Shown: positions 22,623-32,507 of the stretch, piece after piece | Position numbering within the stretch: position 1 is the stretch's first letter | Layout: each line of letters begins with the position of its first letter | Source: Cenococcum geophilum | Taxonomy: Eukaryota | Assembly (NCBI GenBank): GCA_050273025.1 | Contig: CP158635.1 | Coordinates: forward strand, 21,390,001 to 21,454,000 | Length of the DNA stretch: 64,000 nt | Reading direction: 5' to 3' | Notes under the pieces: model-generated | Seen by the model: the letters and a program-made list of their open reading frames with translations, nothing else | Database searches by the model: none | Told to the model about the DNA's origin: nothing | Made by a program: the position numbers and the translations under genes

Positions 22623-23762
22623 GATTGGGGGATATGGCGAGAGTTGTGAGATTCAAATTAAAGGAAAAAAACACCCTCATTCAGCTGCTGCAACCAAAGA
22701 AAAGAACAAAAAGTACTAGGGGAAGTGAAGAACGCAGATGCAAAAGTTGTGGTACTTGGGAGAGAATGGCAAAAAATTGTCCATTACTGCAGCCCCTTTG
22801 AGCTCGGGCCAGGCCAAGAGCAATATTCCTTGGCATAAGCACATAACCAGATTACTAGCTTCTACGTTGACCATTTTTAATCTTCAATTGGCAAGTTATG
22901 AATATATGTGGGTAAGCGATGCATATAACTTACTTCCAGGTTTTCTTAGAGCAAATTTGGACTTGATAGGGTGTGTTTGGTTGCAATCTGGAGCTTTTTC
23001 AATCTGACGTTGATCCGTGCTTTCACCGGCATCAACGAGTAGATAATTAGTGGGGCTTAATCCGGTAGTCGTACTCCATCGAAAGAAAGCCGACTGTTCG
23101 GTTGATCGTTCTAAAAGGCCTCAGATGAGGCTTAAATTAGCGACGTCTTCTACTCACATTAATTAATAATCCTCTGCCAGAACGTGCCTACTACCGATCC
23201 CATATTACCAGCTCTTTATTTATTAGTGTCTTGTTGCCATGTCGCCAACGACTGACGTCCCCCATCATATATTAGTGTGTTGAGTATGAACACCGACTGG
23301 TCGGATCCGAACGCCGACAGTAAGGATCAAGAAGAGGACGTCGTATAGGGCCTGCAGCTGCAGCAGTAATACCGTCGTCGGTGAGGGCGGTGAGGGCATG
23401 GTGGGCAATCGGACGGGTGCACGAGCAGAGCTCCAGATTCGACAAGCTCCGGATTGATCTGATGCGAAGAGCTCAAGTTCAACTACTATATACGGTAAAG
23501 CGTGCGAGTTTGACGCAGTTGCCGATCTAGAGGGGCTCCAAATTAGTCGAACAGACACCTCCAGATCGGTTCTAAAGCCTCCATATCGAATCTAGACCCT
23601 TACTTCCCATTTCTACACTGATTGAATCAAACCCGGTCTTGCCAACCTTTAAATCAACCCCTCAAGGCTCCACGATCATTGTATTGTTACATATTCCTAC
23701 TTCATACAAAATCCGGAGCCTCCCGGCATCCAATGCCACTCACAGACCGTCATTCTATTCGC

Positions 23763-25171
23763 CTATAGCCCAAAAGGATACGTCTCACCCCTTGCCAAAG
23801 CCTCCTTTGGCTGTGCAACCTCGAACGCTTTCACTGCACTGGTACGATAAAACCACATGAAGGCGTCGAATTGCTGGGGCAAGACGGCCTTCATATAATG
23901 GCTATAACGCTCTGTAGCTGGACGATATATCACACCGATAAATCTCTCAGCCTTGGCTTCATCAGTGCCTCGACTACTTCCTTCGTCTGCCACTCTCTCT
24001 GAAGATCCAAGAGAAAGGATGGGATACCGGTGTTGTGCATCAAATGCTCGTAACTATCCTCCCGTGATGGGCTCACACGCAAGATCTGAATTAGCTCATC
24101 CCATTCATCCGCTGGCGCAACCTCCCCTTCATGTGTCCCGCATCCTATTATAGTAACCTCGCCTAGATTGGAGAAGTTCCGGCGGCATAGCTGTCCTAAG
24201 TTCAACTCATCCGTACTCTGGGCCATCGCCGTAGCTCGTGCATCTCCAACATGTGAGTTGTGTGCCCAAACCACGGCCTTCGACTTTGAGCAGCCGCGCG
24301 AGCGTTGCAAACGTATGAGTATCCCGAAGATTCCACGAGGCCGAGTCATCATAATACATAGCGCGATAGTATCGTTCCCAGTCGTAAACTAGACGTGCAT
24401 CTCAGCATCAAAGTAACTTTCCCCATTCTTGGCGCCCATCAGAGCAAGTCGCTTTGTAAGAAGTTCTTTCAACATCTTGACATCGCCCGTTTCGCATGGC
24501 ACATATCCCCTGTTAAGAGACGCCCGACCGTAGGATGCTAGGTCCTTCACCCATGGCACCCATAGCGTTTTCGAGCGACTTGCACGGTTTCCGGGTCAAC
24601 TCGGTCCAAGTAGTCGATTACGGCTCTAATGGATGAGCCCACACTATCCCATGCCGTGGTAAGCGAACCTAAACCAAGGCTTGCCTTGGCAAAATAAAGC
24701 TGTGGATTTAATCAAGCAATTGCACGTCAATATCGGGACGATAAAGCTCCAAATTGATATATATTGACTCTATTATCGCCTAGTACAATCCAGATGTTCT
24801 TTCCAGCAAAGCCTTCACATGCAGAGCGGTATTTTGCATAGAGATACTGTGATAGAGACGTGCGTCGACGTTCCGGCGTTTGCGCACGGGCCACACTCGC
24901 GTAGCCCCACAACGGCGCACGGAATAGAGACCCAGCCCAAAGAAGCCAGCTCTTTCCTCCACGACTAGAAGATGTTGCGAACCGTGAAAAACTGAAGATT
25001 CTCTAGAAGAAGTTCGTTAGGACTACGAAACGAACAGGCTTACCTAGCATCACCGATGAGGACAATACGAGACTGACCAAAGCTGTTAAAAGTAAGAACC
25101 AAAAGATTGCTTTTAATATTAGGAAGCTTCTGTGCTGCACTCTTCACGAGTTCTGAGAGCGTTTGAATCAT
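23763..25171 (-). pseudogene. Erythromycin esterase family (Ere-like) pseudogene
   Basis: ATG 25171 MIQTL..RIVLIGDA(S)-intron-HG; ERAGFFGLGLYS|VGSSIRAVIDYLDRVDPE; VVWAHNSHVGDARAT; LNLGQLCR; ERFIGVIYRPATER.SHY..AVLPQQFDA; ETYPFGL*. Has an internal deletion after HG, several frameshifts and a 278-bp insertion. Confidence 0.85.
24647..24924. mobile_element. MITE-like 278-bp insertion with imperfect terminal inverted repeats
   Basis: Removing it restores GGT CTC TAT AGT GTG GGC (GLYSVG) in the esterase frame. One end is TCCCATGCCGT and the reverse complement of the other is TTCCGTGCGCCGT; TA flanks both sides. Confidence 0.55.
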
Positions 25172-25198
25172 CTTTCGTTGGTGGTTTCAGCAATCGAC

Positions 25199-25285
25199 GT
25201 AACGTGGTTAACGGGGTTTTGACCAGTCCCTGAGTTAAAGTTTTACTAAATCGGTCATAACCCGGGGACCGGTCAACCACGTTAC
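25199..25285. repeat. Short inverted-repeat element (possible miniature TIR relic)
   Basis: GTAACGTGGTT (25199-25209) and AACCACGTTAC (25275-25285) form a perfect 11-bp inverted repeat, extendable to about 17 bp with 2 mismatches. Confidence 0.5.
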
Positions 25286-26159
25286 AGTATTTTCTGGCTA
25301 AGAAGGCATAAGAGGCGTATCGAGGTTGTAATAGAATCTGCTATCCACCTCCACAGAATTGTACGTTCTTGCCAAAATCAGAACTTCATACGACTGACGT
25401 CACACTATGATCGCCACCATAGAGTAAACATTACAGAACTATTTCAAAGAGTATTTGAAGCAACAGAGAGGAACTCGAAGTAGACGATAAAGAGATCGGC
25501 TAGTACACACGCAGGAACCTTGGAACGGAAAGGTTCGTTTGAGCGCTGAGCAACCGCTTGCCCAATATGGCACGAGTAGACTTGGCGCAAGCACGGTATT
25601 CCTCAGATAGATTTACCAAGCCCTGCAACAGCAACAAATTTTACTTCATGGATATAGTGAAGAAACTTGAGAATATGCAATCCAGGCCTAAGAAATCTTA
25701 ATGAAATTCTACTAGGAAAGGATATTCCCATTTTGGAGCAAGGTAGAGAGTAGCTAGGTGGGCTGCTTGTAGAGCGATGGTTCCGCAGATTTCAGATATC
25801 GGTCTTGCCAGGTACTTCATATCAACACCTACACCCTGTGCACTTACTTAATATGCTACAAAAAATATCCTTGTATTTCTCCCAAACGCCTCATAGAACT
25901 TCAGTGTTATTATTCCGCGATCGGAATCATTCCGTTGTTGTTCGGCATTTTAGAGCCAAACCCCAGACTCTAGCTCCAAGCGGGAATCCAGGAAATCCGC
26001 CGTTGAGTAAATGACAACTGCGACTTCGACCGGGTACAATCTCCACACTTGTCCGTGAAGCCGATGAAATGTGCTTAAGATCGCGACATAGATAGCGTCT
26101 CCACCCTTGTCCCCAATTCTCTCTTTTCCACATCCTTCATTTTACAGGTCCTCCAATTC

Positions 26160-27795
26160 ACCACGATCTCTACATCCCTACCTTATCAACACAATTTGAT
26201 GAACACCTTCTCCGAAGCCTTTTCCTTTTATTTCTTGCGATCCCACTAACCTACCTCATTTCCAACGAATTCATTCGACGCGCAGCTCGAATAAAGGAGT
26301 TCATAGGTTCAACAAACTGGCTGCTGGTGGGGAACATTCCAGATATTAGATTCAATGCAGCAGAAAAATACAGGCAGCAGTCCAAAATATATGGCGACGT
26401 GTATCAGATCCAACTAGGAAATATCCCAGTCATCGTGGTGAACAGTACTAAAGCTGCGAAGAAGATATTCGGACAGAATAGTCAAGCACTAAGTTCAAGG
26501 CCTATATTTCGGACATTCCACAAGGTATAGGCTGCTATGGATCTACAATAAAGGCTTTGCATCCCGACTGACCCAATGACTATAGGTTCTCTCCAATTCT
26601 GTGGGAACGACCATCGGCACGTCCCCTTTCAATGAATCCTTGAGGCGTCGGCGAAAAGGCGCTGCGTCAGCGTTGAACAAGCCATCGATCGCTACCTATA
26701 TTGGACATCTGGATGTAGAGACTAAAGACTTTGTCAAAGAAGGTCTCAAGAATGGGCAAGCAGGAAAAGTGGGTGTAGACCCTCCAACGCCTGAGCTTCA
26801 GCCTTGCACTCACCCTGAACTGGGGTACCCGAATGGGCAGTGGAGACGGCCCGATGTTCCATAAGATCACGGAGGTCGAAGAGATCATTAGCAAATTTCG
26901 AAGCACGACCAGTAATCTTCAGGATTATATACCTATCCTTCCACTGAATCCCTTAAGCTTCGGGTCAAAGAAGGCGAGGGAGATGCGAGATCGGAGAGAT
27001 GTATATCTGAAGCGTTTAAATAAGGGCCTAGATGATTGCATGGAGAAAGGAATTCGCAGACCTTGTATCCAAGCAAATGTGATTCTTGACAAGGAAGCTT
27101 CTCTCAACAAGAAGGAACTTACATCGATCAACCTAACAATGCTTTCTGGGGGCTTGGATACAATGACCACTCTGGTCCAATGGAGTGTGGCTTTGTTGGC
27201 CCAGCGTCCCGACACTCAGACCAAGGCTATCGAGGCCATCCGGGAATTCTATACGGACGAAGAACCCTTGTGTAATCCATTAGATGACCAAAAATGTGCC
27301 CATATTGCAGCAATGGTTCGAGAGTTTCTCAGGTATTATTGTGTTCTTCGTCTGGCTTTTCCTCGAGCCACGGTAAAAGACGTGAATTACGAAGGAAAAT
27401 TGATTCCTGCGGGGAGTACCATTTACTTGAACGCGCTGCCTTTCATACTAATGAATCTTGTTCAGATCCCAAAATATGGGCTGATCCTGAGGTATTTCGA
27501 CCAGAGCGGTGGTTGGAGCAGTCCGATGCGCCACTCTTTACTTATGGCTTAGGCTACCGGATGTGTGCAGGGTCTTTGCTCGCTAATAGAGAACTATATT
27601 TGGTGTTTCTTAGGATGCTCAATAGGTCCGAAATTTTGCAGGATTCCGAGGTTGAGACACATCCTGTCCTTGGCAGTGCTGATCCAACAAGCCTCGTTAC
27701 GAAGAGAGTACAAGGTTATCTTCAAGCCAAGGAACAAGGCCGCATTGAGGGAGGCGTTGAATAAATTTGGCGAAAAGGAAGCCCTTGCGGTGTGA
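26160..27795 (+). pseudogene. Cytochrome P450, CYP504 family (phenylacetate/3-hydroxyphenylacetate hydroxylase, PhacB-like), disrupted
   Basis: N-terminal TM segment; YGDVYQIQLGNIPVIVVNS; GTTIGTSPF; MLSGGLDT (I-helix); EFLR (ExxR); FRPERW; FTYGLGYRMCAG (heme Cys). Intron about 26525-26586. Frameshifts near 26785 and 27700, and a deletion near 27435 that removes an intron donor. No in-frame ATG found, so the start is approximate. Confidence 0.85.
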
Positions 27796-28303
27796 ATAGC
27801 ACGAGGAAGGACGGAAACAAGGGACACGTCTATCCCTTAACCAGTTGAGGCGCAACGCCAAGCCGGCTCGTGCGTGAACACCGGTATCAGATATACAGTT
27901 CTCATCACAAAGGTTCGAATAAGGGCCTCCTATTGGCTAATCCTTATCGATATCGTTGCGCCAGAATCAACGGGTTAAGAGATAGCACTAGTTTGGTACG
28001 TATGGCCCACCATACATAGGATCCCTTGCCAAGACCCGGGATCGCTACATCATGAACTCACATGGAATCCTCAGCCCTATCAATCTACAAGCCACGCGTT
28101 ATTTTCTCAAATCGATACCATACATCATTACGTGTAAGCTCGGCTCTCCTACACTCCCTGACCTGTTTACCCTTCTGTCGTTCCCGCAAAAGCTTCCACA
28201 ATTCACTTTGACTCTCGAAGCACGCCCACCGCCACAACCGTTGAGCTACGCATGTCTATTTTGACGATACACTCGCCGAGCTCGCAATGATCCGTTACCG
28301 AGC

Positions 28304-30661
28304 ATGCTAGACGGAGGACGTCATCGGATCCGAGGCGGAGTTGGTCAGGAAGGGGAACGTGGCAGCATGGTTACTAGGACAATCTTTCCGAGCGATGAAG
28401 AGCTGGGAAAGCGAGATGATGATCATAAACCTGGAAGAACTCCTCCATGGTGGAACGTTTGGAGGACACCGTTACGTTATCGAAAGAGACGGATAGTATT
28501 GGCAATTCTGGCATGCTACTTAATATACGTCTTCATACACAACATACCAACCGATCTAGGTCAAGTGCATGGGAGAGGATTAAGAGGGCCACAAATCACT
28601 GCGCCTATCGGGAGGACGCCATCTACCCCTACTGAGCTAACCGGCCCTCCACCTGGAATAGCAAAGTCAAAGGAGGATAGTCCTCCGCAACATGTCTATA
28701 ATGGACAGATTAGGTTCTTCAAATTAGCTGTCTCACTTCACGGAGCAGCTACTTCGTTAGGATACCGGCAGATGGATAGGAATGTGTTATTCGCTATCTC
28801 GAACCTGAAAAGCGCTTCCATAGTAATCCCACTGGTATGCGAGATGGCCAAATGGAACAGGAATTATATCCACGTTGCTTTCATGGGACGCGATACTATT
28901 CCCATAGATGATATTCTTGAGATTAATGGGGTTGACCAGGGAAAGTGTGGTGCGTATTGGCATGATGCAAGACCGGATTACTCGGAATACAGCTCCGATT
29001 TCCGCGCCGAGAGAAGCGTTGCCGCCGCGATGAATCACATTCATACCTTCCTCCGCCCACATGTTGTCATCATGGATGACTCAATCCAGGATGACGCTTT
29101 CTTTGTCCGAGGCGTTCGTGCGAAAGCGAAAGAGCAAGGGCTTACTGTTATTGAGATTCCGAAGGATGGTTTAGAGAACTTCATGTGGATAGCTAGGCTT
29201 GATTCGGGATCTTTGAAGTCATGGCACCAAGCGACAGTGGATATCCTCATTCAAGCACCATCTCAATCGTCTGGCTCACTGATTAGGCTTCTCAAATCCA
29301 TTGAAAATGCCGATTACACTGGGCTCAAGCCTCCACGACTCATCATGGAATTACCTTCGGATTTGGACCCACCTCTCCAACATTATTTGGAAAATCTTGT
29401 CTGGCCGCCATCAGCAAGGGACAATCCACTCATGTCCAATTTGCTCACCATCCGACATCGTATACCGAACCAGCGAATATCCCCTGAAGAAGCATCCATC
29501 CGCTTTCTAGAATCGTTCTATCCAGCCAGTCCTTCCAACTCTCATGTCCTTCTACTATCTCCCCAAGCGCAGCTCTCCCCACTGTACTATCACTATCTAA
29601 AGTACAATTTGTTAGAATACAAGCACTCCTCATATGGTGCAGATGATGCGAAAAAGGTAATGGGTGTAAGCCTGGAAATACCTGCACATCTTCTAGACGG
29701 AGTTTCGTCCCTTAAGGTCCCCGTTCTAAAGGAGATGAACAGCGCCAAGTATAAGGCAGTAACAGATGTTACAAGCGTGCCTTTCCTCTGGGAAGCTCCT
29801 AATAGTAACGCTGCCCTGTACTTTGGAGACAAATGGGTTGAGCTACATTCATTCCTAAGCAACCGAGTCGCAATAGAACGTCAGGAACCTAAGAAGGCCT
29901 CTCGCGCTAAAATTGTTTCCGAGACGCTTCCATCCTGGACTGAATATTTTCTTGAATTCATGCGCGCCCGGGGCTATTCTCTTCTCTACCCTGGCACCAT
30001 ATCTGCCGAAAATCTCGTCACCGTTCACAATGAACTCTATCACCTACCAGAAGAATTCGGGCCAGCAGCATCGAAACAGCCAGACGCCGGAGATGAAGGT
30101 GCGCCGCCAAAACTCCCAGATGGACCTTTTCTAACAGCCGACTCTCTGCCTGAACCACCAGATAATTTTGAACCGCCTCTAGTCCCGCATTCCCGGCCAC
30201 TTCACTCTGCCCTTCCTTTTGACGGCGACCTCGCAGAGATTCCACATCTTCCCTACCTCCTATATACGGGCAAAAATATTGATCCCGGAGACGTTACCGC
30301 CGTGGCAAACTCTTTTGCGGCACAGTTTCGACAAGAAGTCGGGAACTGCAAACCTGTACCGGAAGGAAAGAGAAGAAAGGTCAGGGCTAGTAGTGCTGAT
30401 GACTTATTTTGTTTTGGCGAAGAGGAAGACCAAGATTTTGAGGATGACGAGGAGTTTCCCAGGCGACAATTAGAGTCTAAAACGGATGCTACACTTGGAT
30501 CGGCCTTTAACACTGGAAGAGAGGTTAGTGTTAGTTCTAGTATGGAGTCTGCAACGACGGCGGCTGCAGCAACAGCGAAAGTTCCACCTACTGCGCCGAC
30601 TTTGAGCGGTGTCACTGCTGCAGAAGTTGTGGAATCGAAGCAATTGCATAATGGAATTTAG
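28304..30661 (+). CDS. Fungal type II membrane protein, glycosyltransferase family 2-like
   Basis: Intronless 785-aa ORF with N-terminal DEELGKRDDD, a basic patch plus TM helix (RKRRIVLAILACYLIYVFI), WHDARPD, SGSLIRLLKSIENADY and FLESFYP. The start could be 28367. The family call is from recollection of this protein type. Confidence 0.8.
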   Translation: MLDGGRHRIRGGVGQEGERGSMVTRTIFPSDEELGKRDDDHKPGRTPPWWNVWRTPLRYRKRRIVLAILACYLIYVFIHNIPTDLGQVHGRGLRGPQITAPIGRTPSTPTELTGPPPGIAKSKEDSPPQHVYNGQIRFFKLAVSLHGAATSLGYRQMDRNVLFAISNLKSASIVIPLVCEMAKWNRNYIHVAFMGRDTIPIDDILEINGVDQGKCGAYWHDARPDYSEYSSDFRAERSVAAAMNHIHTFLRPHVVIMDDSIQDDAFFVRGVRAKAKEQGLTVIEIPKDGLENFMWIARLDSGSLKSWHQATVDILIQAPSQSSGSLIRLLKSIENADYTGLKPPRLIMELPSDLDPPLQHYLENLVWPPSARDNPLMSNLLTIRHRIPNQRISPEEASIRFLESFYPASPSNSHVLLLSPQAQLSPLYYHYLKYNLLEYKHSSYGADDAKKVMGVSLEIPAHLLDGVSSLKVPVLKEMNSAKYKAVTDVTSVPFLWEAPNSNAALYFGDKWVELHSFLSNRVAIERQEPKKASRAKIVSETLPSWTEYFLEFMRARGYSLLYPGTISAENLVTVHNELYHLPEEFGPAASKQPDAGDEGAPPKLPDGPFLTADSLPEPPDNFEPPLVPHSRPLHSALPFDGDLAEIPHLPYLLYTGKNIDPGDVTAVANSFAAQFRQEVGNCKPVPEGKRRKVRASSADDLFCFGEEEDQDFEDDEEFPRRQLESKTDATLGSAFNTGREVSVSSSMESATTAAAATAKVPPTAPTLSGVTAAEVVESKQLHNGI

Positions 30662-31138
30662 AGGATTATGCTTGGGTATGCGCGTTCAGCATTTCTCGGT
30701 TTTCGGTAATGGCAGGATCCAGCTGGCCTTCTTCTATAATGTCGTAACTCTCGCAATTGCATTTGACATCCAGTGGACGGTATAAGCGATTGGTGTTTCT
30801 GGCGCTTGGGTTCTTCTGAAGATGTACTGAAGAGGATCTCTCAAATGTTACATATCATAGGGTACACGTTAGAGCATTTCAGAACTGATTGGTGAAAACA
30901 AGATTTCTTTTCCCTTCTGCCGCAATTCCGGGCAGGTGATGCTGATCTAGTGCATTTTACAATAACTCTTAGAATACTCTAACCCAATTTTCCTTTAACT
31001 ACTCTTAACTCTTACAGCATTTCATCACCTGTCACTCGAAACAAGAGCAAATTCATTGGATGGCTTTAGAGCATTTTTGAGCGGTCGTCAAGTGAAACAC
31101 ATACAATCCTCCCAATTTCCCTACTTTACGACGTGTCC

Positions 31139-31520
31139 TCATACTCCGACTCTTCTTCCCACCTCTTCGATATCTTCTCCATCAGCACAATCAACCCCCT
31201 ACTTCACGCATCTCTCTACCGCATCTCCCACCTCTTCCTCGCCATCCAGCAAATCAAACCAACCCTTCGCCCCCTCCACCTCCAACAGCTTTACCGCCAC
31301 CTCCGCAACACTCGCTCTCGGCACTTGCCCTTACGCCCTAATTCTCCCTAACGCCACTTTCCCTGCTTTCTCATTTGTCAAAAAGCCCGGCCTTAGACTA
31401 ATCCCGCAAAATCTCGCCGTTTCTTTTCACGCCCTTCTTCACATCTTCCGCATACCTCCGTTGCGCAAGCACGGTCAGCACTTCGTCGGCCAGCACCTTA
31501 GCCTCATAATACGTCGGTAG
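31139..31520 (-). pseudogene. C-terminal fragment of an NAD(P)-binding Rossmann-fold (atypical SDR, YMR090W-like) protein
   Basis: Minus-strand translation LPTYYEAKVLADEVL / ISLRPGFLTNEKAGKVALG..*GQVPRASVAEVAVKLL..GWFDLLDGEEEV..RCVK*GVDCADGE. Contains the YxxxK and LRPGxL motifs, two stops and a frameshift; no N-terminal half is visible. Confidence 0.7.
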
Positions 31521-32507
31521 TGTGTTGTGATTGACTTCTTGGGCGGCGCTCCACTCACTCTCACTCCACTAGGATGTTGTGAACCATTGCGTCAGAATTC
31601 TTCCATATATTTGCAAGGAAAGGTTTATAGGAATTTAAATGATATCCTCATGTGTCTTAGGCTTTAGTAATTAAGGAAGTGACTCCGGAGCCTTGCGGAG
31701 CGAGAAATGACGTTAATTATTTCCAGGCTCATTTAATAAGCTGCGGGCCGACCCGCTGCTGGATGATGTTCGTGGCGTACCTTACAGTTAAGGCAACATT
31801 TTTAAATCTGGTGTTTAAAACGATCAGGAGAAGTTTTCCCTGGCATAATACAGAATCACAGGCATTAATATTATTCTCGAGGGCCTTATAAACCCTAGCC
31901 GTTAACCCTCGACTAGTAAATGTGAGCATTGCCACATGTCAATCACGGATCAGTTAATAAGTCCTATCTAGAAATTCGATCGTAATTATAATAAATTTTA
32001 TAGACTACTCTCATATGCTAGCGTAGCACCAACCATGAGCCTTAAAATTGAACCATTCATGCTCACCAAAATCATCCAGGCGTGGTTGATAGGTTGATAG
32101 GTTGATAGTTGCCGCTCAGCCTCGTTTAGAGTCCAGACAAGAGGGAGGATAGGCTTTAATTCAAACGAGAGGTTGAGTACTTTTAGTAAGACCAGATCCA
32201 CCCATACCTGTCATCGTATTTATGGAATACCACCACGGTCGTAACATGATGGATCACTGTCATTAACAATCCATACCTATATATTTTCTTAGACCACAGT
32301 TAGAAAACTCATCATTAGTAGTGGGCTGTTCACAAGCACCTTCACAACACTAACGGTTCTCTCAAGGCGTTAGTACAAAATGTTAGGACTGCAATGCTTC
32401 TATGTGTACAACGCTCCAGTGCTGACACGCACGGTCGTAGCTCTATTAGAATGCCAGGGTCAAAGCCAAGAAACAACAAGAGGAGAAATGCGTTAAACCG
32501 TTGCACC

